A model generated the notes under the pieces. The model was not told where the DNA came from, did not search any database, and saw only the letters and a list, made by a program, of their open reading frames with translations. The position numbers were made by a program, and so were the translations under genes. DNA of 62,530 nucleotides, counting the filler, from Basidiobolus ranarum (taxonomy: Eukaryota), in the NCBI GenBank assembly GCA_040143965.1. It is 34 parts of 34 records of this genome, joined end to end, with 100 filler letters (N's around TTAATTAATTAA, not from the genome) between each part and the next. Parts side by side here need not be neighbours in the genome. Positions count along the whole stretch, not along the records: positions 36,904 to 38,644 come from JASJQH010004433.1; positions 38,745 to 40,484 come from JASJQH010004434.1; positions 40,585 to 42,324 come from JASJQH010004435.1; positions 42,425 to 44,163 come from JASJQH010004436.1; positions 44,264 to 46,002 come from JASJQH010004437.1; positions 46,103 to 47,841 come from JASJQH010004438.1; positions 47,942 to 49,679 come from JASJQH010004439.1; 27 more parts are not named here. One strand, given 5' to 3'. Each line of letters begins with the position of its first letter. Position 1 is the first letter of the stretch. This document shows, one piece after another, positions 36,904 through 48,745 of the stretch.

Positions 36904-38644
36904 AGCTATCTATAAGCACTGGTGATTTAGGTCCAGATATGATGGATAGGATCAAAATATTATGCCTCTCACACCATTCAGAAGGAGGAAGATTAAGTTG
37001 ATTAAATTAATTGGCCAGCAAGCCTTTCCAACTTTATAATTGTTTAGTGAGATACCATCCCAAGCCAATGCAAATGCATGATCATGTGTGTTCTCAAAGA
37101 AACCTTGACTTTTCATATTCTGGAAGTGATATCCATCAATTATTTTAGTAATACAATCAGCGTGATGGTGAGTACCTTGGTATTGGATCAATGATCTATA
37201 TTTTGGTGATTTCATCCAAACTTTAAGACAGGGAATCAATGGTATGTAACCCAAATATGAACAATATTTACCTGATTCAGTGATTGCAAATTGTGTGCAA
37301 ACAGTACATGACTTCAGGTTTTTCAGATTGCTGGTGACAGCCAAACAATGATTTGGACAAAAAGGTAGCTTAATTACTGAAGGATAATAAGTCCTACAAT
37401 TGACAAGTGTTTTCCACTTGGAACAGGTCTGTGGCAAGACAATAGTAGCAGGGCTCATTTAAATATTTGTGTTGTGGCATGAGGAAGATATTGTGGAAAA
37501 AGAGCACCTACTATGTAAGGGTGGTATTTCAGATTTAGCCCTTGAATATCAACAGCTGATTCTGAGATGATGCCATAGATTAGTCATCTGGGAATATACA
37601 AGATATTTCTGGAAAAGGCTGGTGATTTTTTTATCATGTGCTGTTTCTAAGCAATTCCATTACACCAAGTTTACCATCTGAAAATTTCAATGCCATTCAA
37701 AAAGCATACAAAATCTGAATTAAAATTGGCTTCCAAGCCAAAGCCAACGGGCATAAAAGAAAAAAACCAGAAACAACAGAGGACTTAATTGATGAGCAGT
37801 CTAGCAATCCACTATCCACTTTGGAAGGTATGAACATGCTGGAAACTAACTCAAGTAATAATGAAGCACTAATCAATCTACTAGACGTGTTCCTTTCCAG
37901 CAATAGTGCAAGTGAAGAGATTGTAATCCCCCAATGTCATAGTAAATCAATAGTTGAGCAAAGTTCAACCAAAACACTGTCAACACCATCAACTTCCTAA
38001 ATGGCTACTTTGCCCACTACTGAACACCACTCTGTAGAAAATTTGGATAGAATTATTACAAAAAGGGAATTGCTGGCAGAACACCATAATAATTTGTAAG
38101 CAATTGTTAGTAAAAACTACAAAGTTGCTATACAGGCCATGACCAGTCATATTGCTACAATATTGCAATTATTGCCCCATTTGGAAGCAACTAGTCAACA
38201 GTTAGAGAGTCACTCAACAATGATACAAGACCTCTAGAATGCTGTACCTGAGCTACTGCAACATGTTGCTCCCTCCATACAGTCTCATATGGGACTTCAA
38301 TTAATCCCACACCATACTTATGAGCATCACCAACGCAATCTAGCTGAGCAGAATATATGTCAGACCATTAAGCCTACACAACAATCTAAATTTGCTTGGG
38401 CATATCAAAGTGGAAATGTTATAGATCTCATAGAAAACCAGCAAACCAAAAGACTCTGGATGTCAGAGCTGCTGTCACTTGCTGTGGTGATGAGTGGCTT
38501 AACATGTTGGAAACTGTGCGGAATCTTGCTCAAAATCTCCTGGATTTGAGCCAATCATGGAAAAAGCAAACACCAGGCATTACTCTGAAGGTTCTTGACT
38601 TATTTCATGTGGCATATCCTGGGTTTTTGCAAGCAAATAGCAAT
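36904..38644. mobile_element. CMC/EnSpm element centre: transposase (-, 36904-37455, internally deleted) and ORF2 (+, ~37727-38644)
   Basis: FCPNHCLA...CTVC, YIPLIP.LK, ALAWDG...CWPINLINL and IISGPKSP are Transposase_21-type motifs. ORF2 is divergently oriented. Confidence 0.88.
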
Positions 38645-38744
38645 NNNNNNNNNNNNNNNNNNNNNNNNNNNNNNNNNNNNNNNNNNNNTTAATTAATTAA
38701 NNNNNNNNNNNNNNNNNNNNNNNNNNNNNNNNNNNNNNNNNNNN

Positions 38745-39233
38745 GTAGATGTGTCATTGCTTTAATAGATTACCCCTTGGCTAAAACATTAGTACTGCAT
38801 ATCTTGATCTATCTCACCAAGAAGTCTATCTTGCAGCTTTCCTAAAAATACTATCAGATTATCACACAAGCAAATTAGTCCAATCATAGAGATACTTACT
38901 CTGTGTCTATGGATTGGGCTTTGTTGCTGTTATTGTGCTCAAACAATGCAAAAACCTGTGAGTACATTGAAAAGAGCCCTTTGTTGGCAGGTTAATATAC
39001 TCTGGAGTCTCTATAACCCATTGGATACATCCATCACTGATTTTGCTGATACATTTTTAATCAGATTAACATATGGTAATACTGATAATTTCACACTAAG
39101 CATCATTTCACTGCAGGTGTGCTCCATTGAGAACTCCCAGAATGTATAGCAAGGGCCTATAATCTCTAAGCATTGTGAAAGATGCAGCAGGGAAAGTATT
39201 GAATACTGGCATAGATTCAGTCTATCTTCTTTA
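38745..39233 (-). mobile_element. CMC/EnSpm transposase C-terminal fragment
   Basis: Reverse-complement match to ~5670-6155. Confidence 0.85.
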
Positions 39234-39342
39234 TGTTGAAATTAGCATTGCCTAAACACCTATATAGTCATATATAACTTAGTAATTAGTTATCTTATAA
39301 CTCACTAAGATATTATCAATTAGTCTCAATTGGAATTTACTT
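39234..39342 (+). repeat. LTR family A, first ~110 bp only
   Basis: TGTTGAAATTAGCATTGCCTAAACACC...GGAATTTACTT, then an abrupt switch to the RPB2-like sequence. Confidence 0.88.
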
Positions 39343-40421
39343 CAACCCTCCAATATCTGCCCTATCGTCATACGTCCCGGAATCGCATGCGGATTAATTA
39401 TTAAATCCGGCACTATACCATCCTCCGTAAATGGCAAATCCTCCTGAGGCATAATTATCGTTACAACACCCTTTTGCGCATGCCTAGACGCAACCTTGTC
39501 ACCAACCTCTATGTACTTATGAAAATCTGTTATCACCTTAATGTGCTTCCGTTGATTATGCAAAACTTCCGTAACCCTCCCTTTATCACATTTAACAACC
39601 CTTATCTTCTTCTCCGTTACCCCATCCACCACCGTACACATTATATCACCCTCTTCTAATATCCCACCCACCTTCGGTACACCATTTAAATACTTCTTCT
39701 CATCAGATGTATCCCTGGTCACAATTATTTTGGACTCATCACCCAAAAGTTCACAGATGTTAACATGTTTGATAAAAGATTGAAATAAACCCCTGTCAAC
39801 AGCAGACTTAGAAATAATAACGCCATCTTCCTGATTATATCCAGTGTATGACTGTATCATCACCACCAAATTAACCCCGTTTGGTTGCTCCTCCATCCCC
39901 AATAATTTATACGCAACCGTATTCACCAATGGCACCTGGGCATATTCCAAAAAGTTTATATCCCCAGAAGTTATTATAGAAGGAACATAAACCTGCATAC
40001 TTTGTTTTATCATAGCAGAAGCAAATACATTACGAGCTGACTGGTTGTGATTAGCACATGGAACCATAGATGCCGGAATACCCATCATCACCACTGGATG
40101 GATTTCCATATGAGTATACATTTGATGGTTACCGTGATACCCTATGTCACCCAACTTAAGTTTATATTGCTCATCAGGATCCACAAACTCTATCTTGCCA
40201 GATTCCAAAAGTTCATCCCAAGAAAGTTTACCCAACTTGTTCCAATCTATTGGTGCACCAGAAAGTTTAAACAGCGGTCTAAGGAACCTTCCTGGAGAAG
40301 TTTTAACATAAATAATTCTTGGGATTGGTTTGTAATATGAGACAGAAATCATAGGATGAATTTGTTTGAGTTTAGTCCTGAGAGATTTGAACTTGCCAGG
40401 GGATTGCTGATAATAGGTTAG
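39342..40421 (-). CDS. DNA-directed RNA polymerase second-largest subunit (RPB2/beta-like) fragment, divergent and probably of large DNA virus type; truncated at both ends
   Basis: [67 protein letters not shown]. The frame stays open upstream to a stop at 40422-40424. No introns. Confidence 0.93.
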   Translation of the reverse strand, partial: LTYYQQSPGKFKSLRTKLKQIHPMISVSYYKPIPRIIYVKTSPGRFLRPLFKLSGAPIDWNKLGKLSWDELLESGKIEFVDPDEQYKLKLGDIGYHGNHQMYTHMEIHPVVMMGIPASMVPCANHNQSARNVFASAMIKQSMQVYVPSIITSGDINFLEYAQVPLVNTVAYKLLGMEEQPNGVNLVVMIQSYTGYNQEDGVIISKSAVDRGLFQSFIKHVNICELLGDESKIIVTRDTSDEKKYLNGVPKVGGILEEGDIMCTVVDGVTEKKIRVVKCDKGRVTEVLHNQRKHIKVITDFHKYIEVGDKVASRHAQKGVVTIIMPQEDLPFTEDGIVPDLIINPHAIPGRMTIGQILEG

Positions 40422-40955
40422 TTATTACCGTTGCACCCCAGAAACTCATTGTACCCCATACTAGAGTATAACCTAAGAAAGCAGNNNNNNNNNNNNNNNN
40501 NNNNNNNNNNNNNNNNNNNNNNNNNNNNTTAATTAATTAANNNNNNNNNNNNNNNNNNNNNNNNNNNNNNNNNNNNNNNNNNNNCGCCATACAGGCCAAT
40601 GCACGCTCTACACACCACCACGAACGACCATTCGCACGGAGAAACTATTTCAGCCATTCCACTGAGGTGTTTGGGTTAATCCAAAATAAACCAAGATTTA
40701 CGGTGACTCGAATCCGTAGCAACCTACTAAGCCAATAAAACCTTTGTTACTCACAAAATCAGTGTCCCATCAGCCCAAAACAAGGATGAAGTAACATTGA
40801 TATTTAGTCATATCCACCTGGCACATGGGTTTGTTGTCTTCTGTACAAAGGGGCTTTTCCACGTAACTTTTGTAGCCCCGGTTTGGTTCTGCGTTGATAT
40901 ATAGCTTGACCCTATAAATTTGTTACTGAGCCTTACACTTCGACTTTATTTACTC

Positions 40956-41894
40956 ATGTCGAGCTTACCACACATTCCTATTAAATATTTAAGTCTTCTA
41001 ATACTGGTCATTCAGAATAGTGCGTTGACCTTAGTGTTCAAATATTCTACCAACCAAGGTCAATATGCTACTTCGACTGCAGTTCTCCTCTCTGAATTCT
41101 TAAAACTCATACTCTGCTTCACGCTATGTAAGCAAGAGGAGAAGGCTTATCAATGTCACAAGAGAATGCCCATATTCTAACGGATATTTGGCCCTGACTC
41201 TTGGAAAATGATCATTCCAGCTGGACTATACACCATTCAAAACAACCTTCAATATATAGCAGTGAAGCTTCTTGACCCAGCTACCTTTCAAGTTACCTAT
41301 CAGCTAAAGATTCTCACCACTGCTCTTTTTTCGGTTCTCATATTAGGCCGTAGATTAACTCCGAAGAAGTGGGTTTCTCTGTTACTTCTTACACTTGGGG
41401 TAATCCTGGTCAAGACCTCCTCCCAGAAATCTCAGGAGAGTCCGGAATTTAACGCTCAACGAACTCTTGGATTTCTTGCAGTACTCAGCGCGTGTGTATT
41501 ATCGGGTCTTGCGGGTGTTTATTTCGAGAAGATTCTCAAAGGAAGTCAAAGCTCACTCTGGGTTCGTAATACTCAGTTATCTTTCTTTTCGCTGTTTCCG
41601 GCGTTTTTCTTGGGGGTTTTGTGGATGGACGGAGAATCAGTTAGAACCCATGGATTTTGGTATCAATACAATGTATGGACATTCGGGGCAATTGGATGTC
41701 AAGCATTTGGTGGTATGATCGTTGCTGTGGTAGTTAAGTATGCCGATAATATTCTCAAAGGATTTGCAACAAGCATCTCTATTGTATTATCCAGTGTCAT
41801 CTCCATATTTCTATTTGATTTCCAGATGACACCTACTTTCGTGATAGGGGCTACACTAGTTATATACTCTAGCTATTTATATGGTTTGGATTGA
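40956..41894 (+). CDS. Nucleotide-sugar (UDP-galactose-type, SLC35A) transporter with an in-frame TAA at 41178-41180
   Basis: KYLSL..LVIQNSAL, STAVLLSEFLKL, IPAGLYTIQNNLQY, DPATFQVTYQLKILTTA, SGLAGVYFEKILKG, SLWVRNTQLS, VVKYADNILKGFATS. Confidence 0.9.
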
Positions 41895-42424
41895 AAGAAT
41901 GAAATCAGTAGAGATTTTATTTAGAAGGTAATTCAATATGGCCCAGTCACATTTTCCAATCACCTTCAATAAACCGTCTTTCATGGCAAGACAATTCCCA
42001 AAGATTTAAACAGCCCTTTAACCATGCAATCAATAGCAAGAGTGAATAATGGAAGTTAGTTATCTTCTAAAGAACATTCAACTCATATCCACATCGAAGA
42101 CAGGTGTGGATGTGCATGGTGACTGCAAAGAGCATTAATAATTGAAAATATGCAGGCACCGAGGTGACAGAATCCACTGAAGTCTGGTGGGCCTGAAGAC
42201 TCATGATCCTGGATCGAAGAGTAGGATCAGTCTCACCAATTGAATTAATCTAAAATATTTGGCAGGTTCGTACCTTTATGGTAACAGTAACATGACAGCC
42301 AAGTGGGACTTAGGCCGACTTAGCNNNNNNNNNNNNNNNNNNNNNNNNNNNNNNNNNNNNNNNNNNNNTTAATTAATTAANNNNNNNNNNNNNNNNNNNN
42401 NNNNNNNNNNNNNNNNNNNNNNNN

Positions 42425-42722
42425 CATCCCTCTTTGGATTGGTCCTTGTAGTCCCTAACACCCCAACTCTCAAACTTGCCACAGTATATTCCCTATTCAG
42501 TATATTATGTTTCACCTTGCAATTTCTATATAAGCCCCATGTATACCTTGATCAGACCTCAGTCTGATCAATGCCAGTTATCAATAAAGATTCTTGCCAA
42601 AGTATCTTCCTTGTCCAGTCTTGTCTTGTCTTGTCTAGTCTTGTGGTCTACACCCAAGTACTCTCCTGCCTTCTAGCCTCTGGATGTTGTTCCCAGTCCT
42701 TGTCCAGTTTGTTGTTGTGATA
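42425..42722 (+). repeat. Chromovirus LTR B, 3' half
   Basis: Matches 9720-10013. Confidence 0.9.
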
Positions 42723-42929
42723 AGTACTTAAGCTAAATAAAGTCCACACCATCTGGTGCTTTTCATCCCCCTAGCTGTTAAGTGAAGGCAACTTAGTGTT
42801 TTTCTCTTCCATATGACACTACTGAGACTTCATTGCCTACTGTCATTTTCACTAAGAATATGGTATCTATAGCTAAGAGATGTCCACCATGTTGTAAATC
42901 ATTCCACTAGAAAGCAACAGTCAAAATTA

Positions 42930-43300
42930 TAACTATGGCACATTAAATATATATCAAATAGTTTCTTCTTTTTAAACAATTGATACATCCATACTGATAT
43001 CAGAAAAGAGCTTAAATAAAGCATTTCATGATTTCACTGTATCCAGTATTCCAGAGGACTGACTTGTTACCACTAGTTGTTTTCTATGAGAAGATGGCAT
43101 CCTAATTTTCCTATTGGAATGCATGAGTCCCCTCCCCTTACCATAGACAATGCTGCCTGAAATGATTCTCTAATTGATACAGTTTTAGAAACTTTCATCA
43201 ATCAGTGGCAAAAATCCAGATATTGGGAGAAATTGGGTTAGTTGATATTAAAATAGACATTCTTCACAATCAAGTAATGTACCTATTTTCAAAGTATCAC
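42930..43300 (+). mobile_element. Possible decayed pogo/Fot1 transposase N-terminal remnant
   Basis: DIGRNWVS*Y*NRH resembles the VGKNWVSRF..RH end of the CENP-B-type HTH. The region is CpG-depleted. Confidence 0.35.
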
Positions 43301-43982
43301 TAAAGTAATGGCACCATGAATTTTATCCCTTGAATATCTTGTCCTTTTTCCCATCTAATTCTTGCTAGTCTCCAGTTGCCAACCTGGGGCCAAGACTCAA
43401 GCATCTGGAAGCTGAAGGTGCTTTACGCCAAAATTAAGCTCAATCTCATTCTCTCGCTGCTCTCTCTTTCAGTATCAGATAGCTATTAAGAACACAACTC
43501 CTTCTGATCAAAAGTCACATAAAATCAGGAATACTTGCGATTAAATTTACACTAAATCTGCTCCCACTCCCTGTCGGATGTGAATTCGCATTTATTTACC
43601 TCCTTCAGCTACTCTTATATTGTATTACTTGTCCTCTATCTGACCTGTAGCCAAATATATTTTTTTGTGCCATATAGAATGTAAGAAGCATAGAAGTTTT
43701 ATTCCCTATCTACCCAGGCCTTTTAGTAATGCCTTATCACTGTTGCTTTATATGGATGTTACTCTGAGAAAGTGCGTTAAAAAAAATATCCTGGAAATGA
43801 GTATATAGCTATAGAAAGATGTATCAACACCAGTATCTATTATCGACGCAACTTACCAGAGTGTAAACATACCTTAACATATCACACTTTTTTTAAAAAA
43901 ATGAATTTATTAATTTTGCCTTTAGGTCTTTCCTGTGGTATACGTACTAAAAGACCACATATGTATGGTGGTTGAAATGTAC

Positions 43983-44162
43983 TTATTGTCCGAAAAATCT
44001 TTTGTATAATTCAGCTGCTTTTCCAGCTCCACTGTGATCAGAGGTATCATAGCCAGCTCCTCCGCTATTGCCTCCAGAGCCGCCTCCATTACCACCAGCT
44101 CCACTGCCAGGGCCATACGCTCCTCCACTATTACCACCGCTTCCTCCTCCATTTCCACCTGA
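43983..44162 (-). CDS. C-terminus of a Gly/Ser/Asn-rich protein
   Basis: SGGNGGGSGGNSGGAYGPGSGAGGNGGGSGGNSGGAGYDTSDHSGAGKAAELYKRFFGQ*, with varied Gly codons and CpG retained. Confidence 0.75.
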   Translation of the reverse strand, partial: SGGNGGGSGGNSGGAYGPGSGAGGNGGGSGGNSGGAGYDTSDHSGAGKAAELYKRFFGQ

Positions 44163-44263
44163 GNNNNNNNNNNNNNNNNNNNNNNNNNNNNNNNNNNNNN
44201 NNNNNNNTTAATTAATTAANNNNNNNNNNNNNNNNNNNNNNNNNNNNNNNNNNNNNNNNNNNN

Positions 44264-46002
44264 TGGTTGCACGTTGCTCAACTATTGCTTTACTATGTAA
44301 TTGGGGGATTACAATCTCTTTGCAAGCACTGTCACTGGAAAGGAACACATTGGGTAAATTGATCAATGCTTCAGGATTACTTGAGTTAGTTTCTGGCATT
44401 TTAATACCTTCCATAGTGGATAGTGTATTGATAGGCTGCTCATAAATTAAATCCTCTGTTCTTGCTGGTTTCTTTCCTTTCATGCCACCAGGCTTTGGCT
44501 TGGAAGCCAATTTGATTTAGATTTTCAACACTTTTTGAATGGCATTGAAATTTTCATAAGGTAAACTTGGTGTAATGAAGTTGCCTAGAAACAGCTTATA
44601 ATAAACCAAAATTGCCATCCATTACCGCAAATATCTTGTAAATCCCCCAATGACACATCTGTGACACCATTTCAAAATCAGCTGATGATATTGATGGGCT
44701 TTACCTATAATACAACCCTTATGTAGGAGGTGTTCTGTTTTCTACAGTATTCTTCTCATGCTGCAACACAAACATTTAAAGAATCCCTGCTATAATTGTC
44801 ATAAATTCTTCTGCTATGAAAGCCAGAGGCTTCATAGCAAAAATAATCACAAGCATAGTTGCTGCACAAAGCCTTGTGTATAACAACAGTAATAAGAGCA
44901 CCTAATCAACTGAAGTTTTGCTCATTGGGTCTACTGACTGTACTTTGCCTCAAAGTTTTGGTAACACTGCCAAAAGTCAAGACACCATGGAGTTACCAAA
45001 GTTATATGACAAGAATGATGTAGGTAGAAATGCAACTTTGGTCAAACCAGTAAGTCCAGACAACTTTAAGGACTTGCTGCTAGATGTTAATGTTGGTTAT
45101 TCTAGTACCAATGGTAGTATATCAGAAGTTGAAGAAGAAGATGATGGTTTTGTTATGGACTCTTTGTTAATGGCTAACATTAGTCCACTCATAACACTTA
45201 CTGTAAAGAAAGCAGCTTTGATTATTGAGCAGTGCAAAGTTCAATCCAACTTTGCAACCAGATGTTTATTAGTTTTTTTACACTTTTACCACAGTGGATT
45301 GGCAACTGTTGCTTGCCACAGACCTGATACAAGTGGAAAACACTTGTCAATCATATGACTTATAATCCTTCAGTAAATAAACTACCTTCATGTCCAAATG
45401 GTTGTTTGGCTTTCACTGGTGATCTAAAAAACTGGCATCATGTATGGTTTGCACACAATTGGCAATCACTGAATTAGGTAAATATTGTTCATATTCAGCT
45501 TACAGACTGTTGATTCCCCATCTTAAAGTTTTGATGAAATCACCCAGGTATAGATCATTGATCCAATACCAAAGTACCCACCAGTAAGCTGATGGTATTA
45601 TCAGTATACTTGATGGATATTACTATCAGAATCTGAAAAGTCAAGGTTTCTTTGAAAACAAATATGATCATGCATTTGCATTGGCTGTGGATGGTTTCTC
45701 ACTAAACATATTTACTCTTGGAAAAGCTTTCTAGCCAATGATTTTAATAAACTGAAATCTTCCTCCTTCTGAATGGTATAAGAGTCATAATATCTTGATA
45801 CTATCTATCATATCTGGACCTAAATCACCAGTGCTTATGGATAGCTTCTTGTAGTCTTTGATTGTGGAATTTGAATGGTTATCTAATGGGATTCAGATGG
45901 GTGAATATTTTATTGAAGCTAATATCATTGTATGTATTGGTAATACTCCTGCCATCAGTAAACTTGGAGGTTTTTGTGGGCACAATGCACTATCTTGCTG
46001 TA
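44264..46002. mobile_element. CMC/EnSpm element centre: ORF2 start (-, 44264-44510) and transposase N-terminal half (+, ~44800-46002)
   Basis: CPNGCLAFTG, ALAVDG, NLPPSEW, ISGPKSP, GNTPAISKLGGFCGHNALSCC. Confidence 0.9.
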
Positions 46003-46102
46003 NNNNNNNNNNNNNNNNNNNNNNNNNNNNNNNNNNNNNNNNNNNNTTAATTAATTAANNNNNNNNNNNNNNNNNNNNNNNNNNNNNNNNNNNNNNNNNN
46101 NN

Positions 46103-47470
46103 TGATATATTCTCCTGAATATATTTATAGAGTTCTTCATACCCAATGTTTAGCTCATACCCAACACGAGTTTGTGTCAATATCTCCATCAAAGACAATT
46201 TTAATCCATTTGGGATTGACCATTTACTTAACATCATGAAATTGTCAAATTAGATTTGATTTTAATCAATTTTTCAGTTTCAGGAGTGAAATTTCAAGAT
46301 CGCACAAAATAGTTGTGCATGATTGGCTACAATCTCAGTGAACTATGGATCAACATATGTGCAAAGAACATAACTAAAATTTTTCACATATACTACCTGA
46401 ATGCTAATTTGTCACCTTCAAAATCCTTAGTTTCTTTCATCTTTTCTCATAAATATTATTAGTGAGTTGTTCATACCCAAGGTTTAGCACCTATTCAACA
46501 CAAGTTTGTATCAATATCTCCATCAAAGCCCATCATTGTTTTAATGCTGCTGAATCTGTTGAAGTTTATTGTCTTTATCATAGTTGTTATCTCTATCAAT
46601 ATACATATAACTATTTCATATATCAGGAATAAGTTAGTTGATATCACTTAATTGAAAATTGGAACATATATATAAATACATAAATAATGTGAGAATTAGC
46701 AATTCAATATTGGAAATTTCAAACTTGTCCATATTGCCCCAAAGATAGCTCATTTTACTCCTATAGATGCTCTGAATACAACCCCAGTGTTATTTTTTTT
46801 TATTTCCACCAAAATGTATAAATGCTGTATTTCTGGACAAAAAAAAATAATCTCACAGAGCTGTTCACAACTCCACTTTTCCAAAGTTCCTGCAAACAGC
46901 CTATATTTTCCCAATAGAATCAACATTCCTCCAGCTATCTGGCAGATACCGTGCAATATTGTGCCACTTTGTATTAAGTTCTTCCCAGATATCTGAATGG
47001 TCTGCACCAGACTGAATGTCAATATGAATGTGCTTCATCTGAGGCCACTTTCTACATACTGGCACTGCATGTTTCCCTTCATACTTTCAAAAATACTCCT
47101 CAAGTGCTTTGACAATTTTAAACATTCTTGTAGTGTGACATTACAGAGGGTGCTTTGCCATGTTTGTGTGGTTTTTAGCTTGCTTTTAGGTTGAGGGATA
47201 ATTTCAACACTTTGAAAAGTATAAGCTGATGTTGGAGAGCCAACAGCTTGATTTGCTGGTATTTTGGCCTGTTGAGAGGTGCCAGGTGCTTAATAAGCTT
47301 CCAAATTTAGCACTCTTCCAACTGGTGTACCTGGTTTCATGGTGAAACTAAGCTTTTTTGCCAGAACATCTGACTCTGGAAATGCAGATCATTGTAATGG
47401 TTAGAAAGATTTGGTACATGAAACAGGCAAGCCTGAACTCTCTGGCCCCTTTGCTTTTTCCTTGGGTTTA
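46103..47470 (-). mobile_element. CMC/EnSpm ORF2-side arm carrying a solo LTR
   Basis: Its start (KPKEKAK) overlaps 60660-60696, and it continues into sequence matching 14784-15260. Confidence 0.65.
46557..46916 (+). repeat. Solo LTR family D (360 bp) with 5-bp TSD GAATC
   Basis: gaatc[TGTTGAAG...CCCAATA]gaatc. The empty site gctgaatcaacattc is at ~9103-9118. Confidence 0.92.
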
Positions 47471-47841
47471 GCTGATCAGGAATAGGAAGAGGCTGTAGGA
47501 GGCCATAGGGCTGATGTCTTGGAGTCTTCACTTGAGCACAAGTATCACAGGTCAAAACATAAGTCTTGACAAATGCAAACATTTTGGGCCACCAATAATC
47601 CCTTGATACCAACATATATGATTTGGCAACACCAAAGTGTCCTGCTAGTGGTGAGTCATGTCTTTCCTGCATGATTTTGAGTCTGGAAGTGTGGTCTGGA
47701 ATGTAAAGTTGCTTCTTATAAAACAAGAGATCATTTATGATAGAGAAATGGTGGTACAGGTTCAAGCTTGAGAGGTCTTTGGGTGTTTCCTGGGCTTTCT
47801 TGATTGATTTTACCAATGGGTCTTCAGATTGAAGTTTGTGG
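47471..47841 (-). mobile_element. Ty3/gypsy integrase zinc-binding (H2C2) fragment
   Basis: HDSPLAGHFG...VSRDYWWP....VKTYVLTCDTCAQVK..RHQPYGLLQPLPIP. Confidence 0.93.
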
Positions 47842-48745
47842 NNNNNNNNNNNNNNNNNNNNNNNNNNNNNNNNNNNNNNNNNNNNTTAATTAATTAANNN
47901 NNNNNNNNNNNNNNNNNNNNNNNNNNNNNNNNNNNNNNNNNAGTAACAAAACAAATTGACTAGCTGCTCTCTGGTAGATATTGGAGTATATGAGCCATGG
48001 TGTTTCTCAAATATAGCTTCTAGGGTGGTGATAGGAAAGCCAGTAGTTGCTTCTGGATTTATGAGGAATGCCCATTTAGAGTAGAAGGAGAACATGATGT
48101 TAATCTTGTATTGCACTGGCACAAAACTGATTGATCTGGCACATACAAGTTATTTATCTAAGAATTTTAGGTATCATGGTAAAATTCCCTACATTCTGTA
48201 TAATGAAATTTCTGTTTGCATTTATTATCCTAATTACGTCAATTATGTGTAATTACATGGAAATTATATAATAAACTGCATCAGTAAAGTTAATCATACT
48301 TCAATTTGAATCAATTTATTTAGTGTACATATTGAAATGGCTCAAAGTGGAATGCATTATGATTGATCACACTATAGGAAATTAACTTCAACATTTTAAC
48401 CAATAATATAAAAAGATCCCTAATTCTGATTGAAACCAATAAAGTCTAACATCGTAGATATATATGGTAGTTGCATATCATGTGAAAACAGATTCTTCCT
48501 GATTCACAACCCACCTTAGTACAGGAAACCACCACTTCCAAAATTTTGCGTGCACAGTTGAATGAAGGTGTGGGTGGCATGAAGTAGTGCACACCTAATG
48601 ATTTTACAGATTCCTAGGTATCCACTATGAATTCTTGCATGGATATATGGGAGTTATTGTAAACTTGACAGAAGCTGAGGAAGGGGGCAATAGACAAAAG
48701 TAGAAGCAGCTTTTGACTCTGCTTTGGAGAAAATACTACATCTTC

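Noticed and set aside
39342-40352. Calling this the host RPB2/RPC2/RPA2 gene
   Set aside because: Motifs invariant in cellular enzymes are altered, the wall/flap region is shortened, and it is a truncated fragment in repeat context. A phylogeny is still needed.
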